DNA from: Veleropilina oligotropha
Lineage: Eukaryota
NCBI GenBank assembly: GCA_048128005.1
Contig: JBEUKZ010000110.1
Coordinates: 62,001-113,625, forward strand
Reading direction: 5' to 3'
DNA: 51,625 nucleotides
The notes under the pieces are model-generated. The model saw nothing but the letters and a program-made list of their open reading frames with translations, was not told the origin of the DNA and ran no database searches. Made by a program: the position numbers and the translations under genes. This document shows, in pieces, positions 46,600 to 51,625 of the stretch; the stretch's first letter is position 1; each line of letters opens with the position of its first letter.

Positions 46600-48217
46600 T
46601 AAACAGGTTGCCGAGTGTCGTACGAACATTGCACGATCATCCAATTTTTTAAAGACAGATGGCCGACCATTCGTGCTATTGTCGGCAACTGCTCGGCGAT
46701 AATCGACAACTGGTTGCAGATTTGTCGCCGATGTTCGTACGGTGCTCGGCAATCTTTTAATGTTTACACAAGCTGTAGAAGAGGCAACATATCAACATGG
46801 TTCTTCCAATGCTACCACGACAACGACAGATGCTGGGATTTATACTGCAACAGGCAGAAGAGGATGCTGCTGCTGCTTTAGCACTTCTGATGCTGACATA
46901 CCGCAAAAGAAAAAGGAGAAGACAAAGACAGTACTGGATGAGACCATGGAATTGATCTCCAGAAGGCTGCTTTTTGGGGACTATGAACATCTTGTGGTTG
47001 AGCTGGAAAGATAATCATAGGGATACTTTATTGCCTACCTTATAATGGAGCCGGCCATGTTTCATGAGCTTCTGCAGCGGTTAACGCCAAGACTGACCAA
47101 GCAGGACACTAAGTGGAGAAAAGCCTTGAAACCTGGATTCAAACTGGCGGTTGCTCCTCGCTACCTGGCAACAGCTACCACAGCCTGGCCTTTGCCTTCA
47201 GAGTCGCTCACAACGCTATCTCAGTCTTTGTCCAGGAAGTCTGTGAAGCAATTATTGACGAGTATAGCGATGTGGTGTCAGTGCTTTCCACAGAAGATGG
47301 ATGGCGGCGGTTGGTACCAGATGGAATTTCCACCACACTTTATGTGCCATCGATGGGAAACATATTGCAATTATGTGCTCAAAGAACTCCGGGCACGCGT
47401 ATCACAACTACAAAGGATTCTTCTCCATTATTATCCTGGCCGTGGTTAATGCCGTTACAAGTTAATCTGGGTGGATGTGGGCGCAAATAGATCAACCTAT
47501 GCCTGTGCAGTCTTCAACAACTCAGACCTCAAGGCGGGGTTGGAGAATGGTGCCTTGGACTGCCACCAGATGAAGAACTTCTAGGTGATCATAAACCTAT
47601 CCCTTAATTCCTGGTTTGGAGATGATGCCTTAAAATTTCCGCTGCGCTCGTGGTTGATGAAGCCCTATTCAACATACTGGTATCGTGTGGCTTCAACTTG
47701 TATTGAATTTATGTAAAACTTAAAAATTATGTATTTGCTCGTCGAGCAGCGAACGAATGGGCCTATTTCGCGCGATTATTTTTACTGTCATATCACGTGG
47801 TCAGCGACACGTTCGCCGAGCGGTTGCTGGTTGATCGCCGAGTGGTTGTCGATATTCGGCGAATGGTCGGTGATTTTACCGCGAATTGGTTGGCGATCAG
47901 TTGTTGATGATCGTCGACCAGAAGCTGCTCGGGGATTGTCGACAACCACTGAAGACCAGTCCGAGAACTGTCGCCCACCATATGACAACCGATTAAAGGC
48001 AAGAAAAACCGTTCGCCGACCAGATTGGTCGGCAAAAGGTTGTCGATGCTGCAGCGACAATCTCCTTACAACCAAAATGCCCAACAACCAGTCGCCGAAC
48101 ACTGACAACCTTTTACAGATTACCAACAACCTTTCTATGATCTCTGACAACCAACTACCGACCAGTGGTTGTCGGAAGTCGGCGACCGGTCGTATCTCTA
48201 GTGTGACTGGGGCTTTA
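46600..48217 (+). mobile_element. Truncated Harbinger transposon with disrupted HARBI1-like transposase (~46935-47675) and right TIR
   Basis: [103 protein letters not shown], spread over several frames. End tctagtgtgactggggct|tta. Confidence 0.85.
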
Positions 48218-49680
48218 GGTTAGTAGTTGAAATATACTCGGTGGTGGTGGTTAACCTTTAAGCTATTAGGAGTGAGTGTAATGCTAATTCACGATTCTCC
48301 GTCTGGCCACGACGGTCTCTTCACGACGTTGAGACCTGTAAGAGGGGCTCCATTTACAAAGAAGAGGTTGGTTATGGATGGGTTTTTAGAAAAGGCCTGT
48401 CGAGCAGAGTCATATACAATGCCCCCATAATCAAGTTTAGATTGAATTAAAGCTATATACAGTCTTAGTAAAACTCTTATATCAGCACCCCATCGATTTT
48501 AGAAATGTCTTTCATTATTTGGCATTCCGTTTTAACATTTTATGTGAGGTATAAAACTCAATTTATGGGCAAATATATGGTATAAAAAGTTAAATTATTG
48601 GTTTACTACAGGAATGATGTGGTTATCAAGTTTTGGTACAGGGTCGTCGCGCATATTTCGGTATTTGCAAAAGTGCATGTATTTAGTTTTGTTTTTTGAA
48701 AATTAAAACCATTCTCATCATATCATGCAAGCAATTTATTTAAGCCATGCTGTAGTTGTTCGATACTGGTCACATTAGATTATTTCAACAGATTATGAGA
48801 CAGTATATGGGGAAGAACCCGTGTATAATCGGGTGATTTATGATACTCAAATATATCCAAACATGATATGTTTGCTCTTTTCCAGTGGTAATCCCTGTAT
48901 ATGCATATGTGCTTGTATTCACCACATACGCGATATCATGTTCCCTGCGGGACAAGGAAGAAGCATTATGTATATAGCCTACTGTAAAACCACGTTTTGT
49001 CCGACATTCGTTCGAGAAGACTATCCTGAAATAATATTGATTAATTCCCATATTTGTGACACAGTCCAAAATAATCTTTAAGATGGTAAGTACAAACATA
49101 GAAAAGATGTCGACAATCGTAACGATACACAATTCGAACGTTATATGACATGCAGAGTAAAATGCAAAATGTAAGGATCGAAATTGCAAACGTAGAAATT
49201 TACAATATAATACACGCTCAGAAAACTGGATATGTTAGAATTATAAACTGTGTCGAAAAAATATGAAAGTTAATATGTGAAATGTATGTTTCCCGGGTCT
49301 CATAAGATGTGTACGGAAGCTCATTGGCTTCACATATATTTATTTTTTATTGCGTTATAACGCAATAATTATTGCGTTATAAACGCAAAAACATTGCGCT
49401 AAAACGCAATAAGTATTGCGATTTAACGCCAAAAAATTGCCGAATTCCACATATACCCTTGGATCCTGAGACCATCTGGTGTGGGTTTAAACAAAGATGA
49501 AAGGTGTCCATAAGATACAGCCTAAGACATTTGTTAAATAAATGGCTATTATTACTCATATAACACAGTTCTGTGATACCATAAAATTGGAGATGTGTGC
49601 ATGTTTGTAAAATGCTGTCATGTTAGATTGAGGAATTACAAGGATATGCTGTCCATGATGGTAATGTAAGGATAACAATT

Positions 49681-50057
49681 ACTTAGAAGCCAATTTCATT
49701 TCTCGGCCAATGAGAGAGCAGTATTTCTCGTCAAATATTGCTGAAGACGGCACTTTGCAGGTCTATTGTTTGCGATGCCTTACCCATTATTACGAATAGG
49801 GGTGACAGGTTGTAATGTTAATATGGATCTTCTTGATATATTGGTAAAAAAGCTAATTATTTTGTAATAAATATGTGTTTCGATAACATAAATAGTTTAA
49901 CAAATTAGATAATTATAAATAATTTGTGTGGAGAAATGAAATTAGCTTCTAAGTCGGTTAGACGGCAGCTTGTAGACTCTTATCAAAAAGTAGTCTCGCC
50001 CTACGGGCTCGACTCCTATTTTGCTAAGACTCTCCAATCCGCCATCTAACCTATACT
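49681..50057. mobile_element. Non-autonomous element with terminal bulged hairpin (same architecture as 24190-24592)
   Basis: Inverted acttagaagccaatttcatttctc / gagaaatgaaattagcttctaagt, followed by an imperfect palindrome centred on gtctcgccctacgggctcgac. Confidence 0.55.
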
Positions 50058-50380
50058 AGGCTCGCACGTGTGAAATATCAGGTCAATGTCATTATATATC
50101 AACTATACCGGGTAATTGTGATACATGTATTTAAAGAGGTCGCATACTGCAAACAGATTGACACGAACTGCTTCTATTCGGCGGGCCTGGGTTCGAGGCC
50201 AGCCGGCGAATTATTCTACCGCTTAAAATAATAGATGGCATATCCCTAATGTATGTCTGTCAGATCGAAATGTGACCTCAAACCTGGTATCCCGACTGAG
50301 TTAAGGCTGAAAACTTGTCATTGTGGTCGTAAACAAAGCTACCAACCAACCAACATTTTGACACGAAGTACTACCTGTAC

Positions 50381-50727
50381 AAGCCCTGCCGCACAGTAAA
50401 TCAAGTCGCATACCTCTTGGTTTATAAATCAAGGTTTACCGTGTGGCACCCCTAATATTGAAGTTCGTAAATCAAAAGTCGCATGCGACTTTTGATTTAC
50501 GCTTTAGAACATATGCTCTATTCTGTACAACTTGTGCCATGAAACTTTCCTTGCCCACCAATCAGATACCAGTTGAAATTAGTTCGCAACCCGTTCAACT
50601 AATAAAATTGCATGAACCTGAGAAGTCGCATACGATTTGGTTTACCGTGTGGCATAGCAAGGAACATACTACAAAAGTTTCATACGATAAGTCGTATACG
50701 ACTTGATTTACTGTGTGGCAGGGCCTT
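50381..50727. mobile_element. PIF/Harbinger-type MITE
   Basis: TIRs aagccctgccgcacagtaaatcaagtcg / cgacttgatttactgtgtggcagggcctt. Confidence 0.75.
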
Positions 50728-51625
50728 AATGATATATATATATTTAGACGATACTTCATGGAGATTATTTTGTTACAAAACTGTGTCTATCTTTGATATT
50801 CACTTTTAGCGTGGTATATGAAAACAATTAGCTGATGTTCACGCGTCGTTTATTAGCCAAACCTGAACAATGAAATGTGATAATTTTCAACAGGCGGCTG
50901 AAGTGGTCAGGGTCAAAGATTATAGTGGTCTGCTGAGTACGATCTCATACTCTGGTGACTGTTTCGTACTCAAATCAACACTCTTGATCATTGCAGAGTC
51001 TGAGCTGAGTTTCATAAGAGTCTTTATAATCTTGAGGCCCAGGTCTCCATTTGACAGTTTAAAATGCTTATTTACAGTATATTTTTAAGAATATTTGAGG
51101 CTAAAATTGTATATTATATCAAGCAAAAGGATGATACAATTCATGATCACTTTATATTGTATTTACACATTTAAATGAAAATTCGCAGAGCATGACATGA
51201 ATACATGGGCGGATATAATTTTAATCAAACGGGTGCGTTCCAGACATCCAGTCATCCACTTTTTTACCAATCACAAATTTGATGGTCAAAATTATCGCGT
51301 TTTACACTGTCAGAATGTAGGAGAGGGTTTCACACCGTTTAATTGTCAACTTTTTTCACAGCTGATAGTATAATTCATAAAAGTTGGACACTCACATTCT
51401 CCAAATCCTGCATCTGCCCCTGTGAAAAACAGTAAATCGTAACAAATATCATACCTATACCTGCAAATAATGGGTGGACTTCACTGCATTCTTCGGAGAA
51501 GTAACATCATCTTGGAAGTCTAAATCCAACAACTCACAGTCAAATCTCTAAATTTGGAAAAGTCCTACATCGTTTTCGTCTCTTACATGAAAAAATACCT
51601 AATATAAATTATTGTTCTACTGTAT

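Noticed and set aside
47729..48223. 164-aa ORF and overlapping antisense ORFs
   Set aside because: They fall in the repetitive sub-terminal region of the Harbinger element; no protein motifs.

Overview
This is AT-rich, intron-containing animal genomic DNA. The SINE and Helentron-type repeat content suggests an invertebrate, probably a lophotrochozoan such as a mollusc (inference). Host genes reconstructed by hand from GT-AG exons: (1) phospholipase DDHD1 (PA-PLA1), minus strand, 7 coding exons from 16985 to 238, continuing off the left edge; (2) SMIM12, plus strand, 22341-22604; (3) neuroendocrine protein 7B2 (SCG5), minus strand, 4 coding exons 33940-30260, with the normally conserved PPNPCP motif changed to PGNPCP; (4) an unrecognised 187-aa predicted secreted protein, 39180-38617; (5) a decayed duplicate of the first 7B2 coding exon, 44201-44058. 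The dominant feature is an apparently intact, young DIRS1-type tyrosine-recombinase retrotransposon (6524-13977) in DDHD1 intron 3. It has 207-bp inverted terminal repeats (ITRs), an internal complementary region (ICR) and three overlapping ORFs. Its gag stop context (CCC-UAG-G plus a 3' stem) lies where a +1 frameshift would give Gag-RT/RNaseH/MTase and readthrough would give Gag-recombinase; neither downstream ORF has an AUG at its start. The rest is nested Helentron-type elements with ~150-bp tandem arrays, MITEs, tRNA-derived SINEs, RTE LINE and Harbinger fossils, and long bulged hairpin elements. There are no prokaryotic features or CRISPR arrays. All calls come from reading the sequence; no searches were run.
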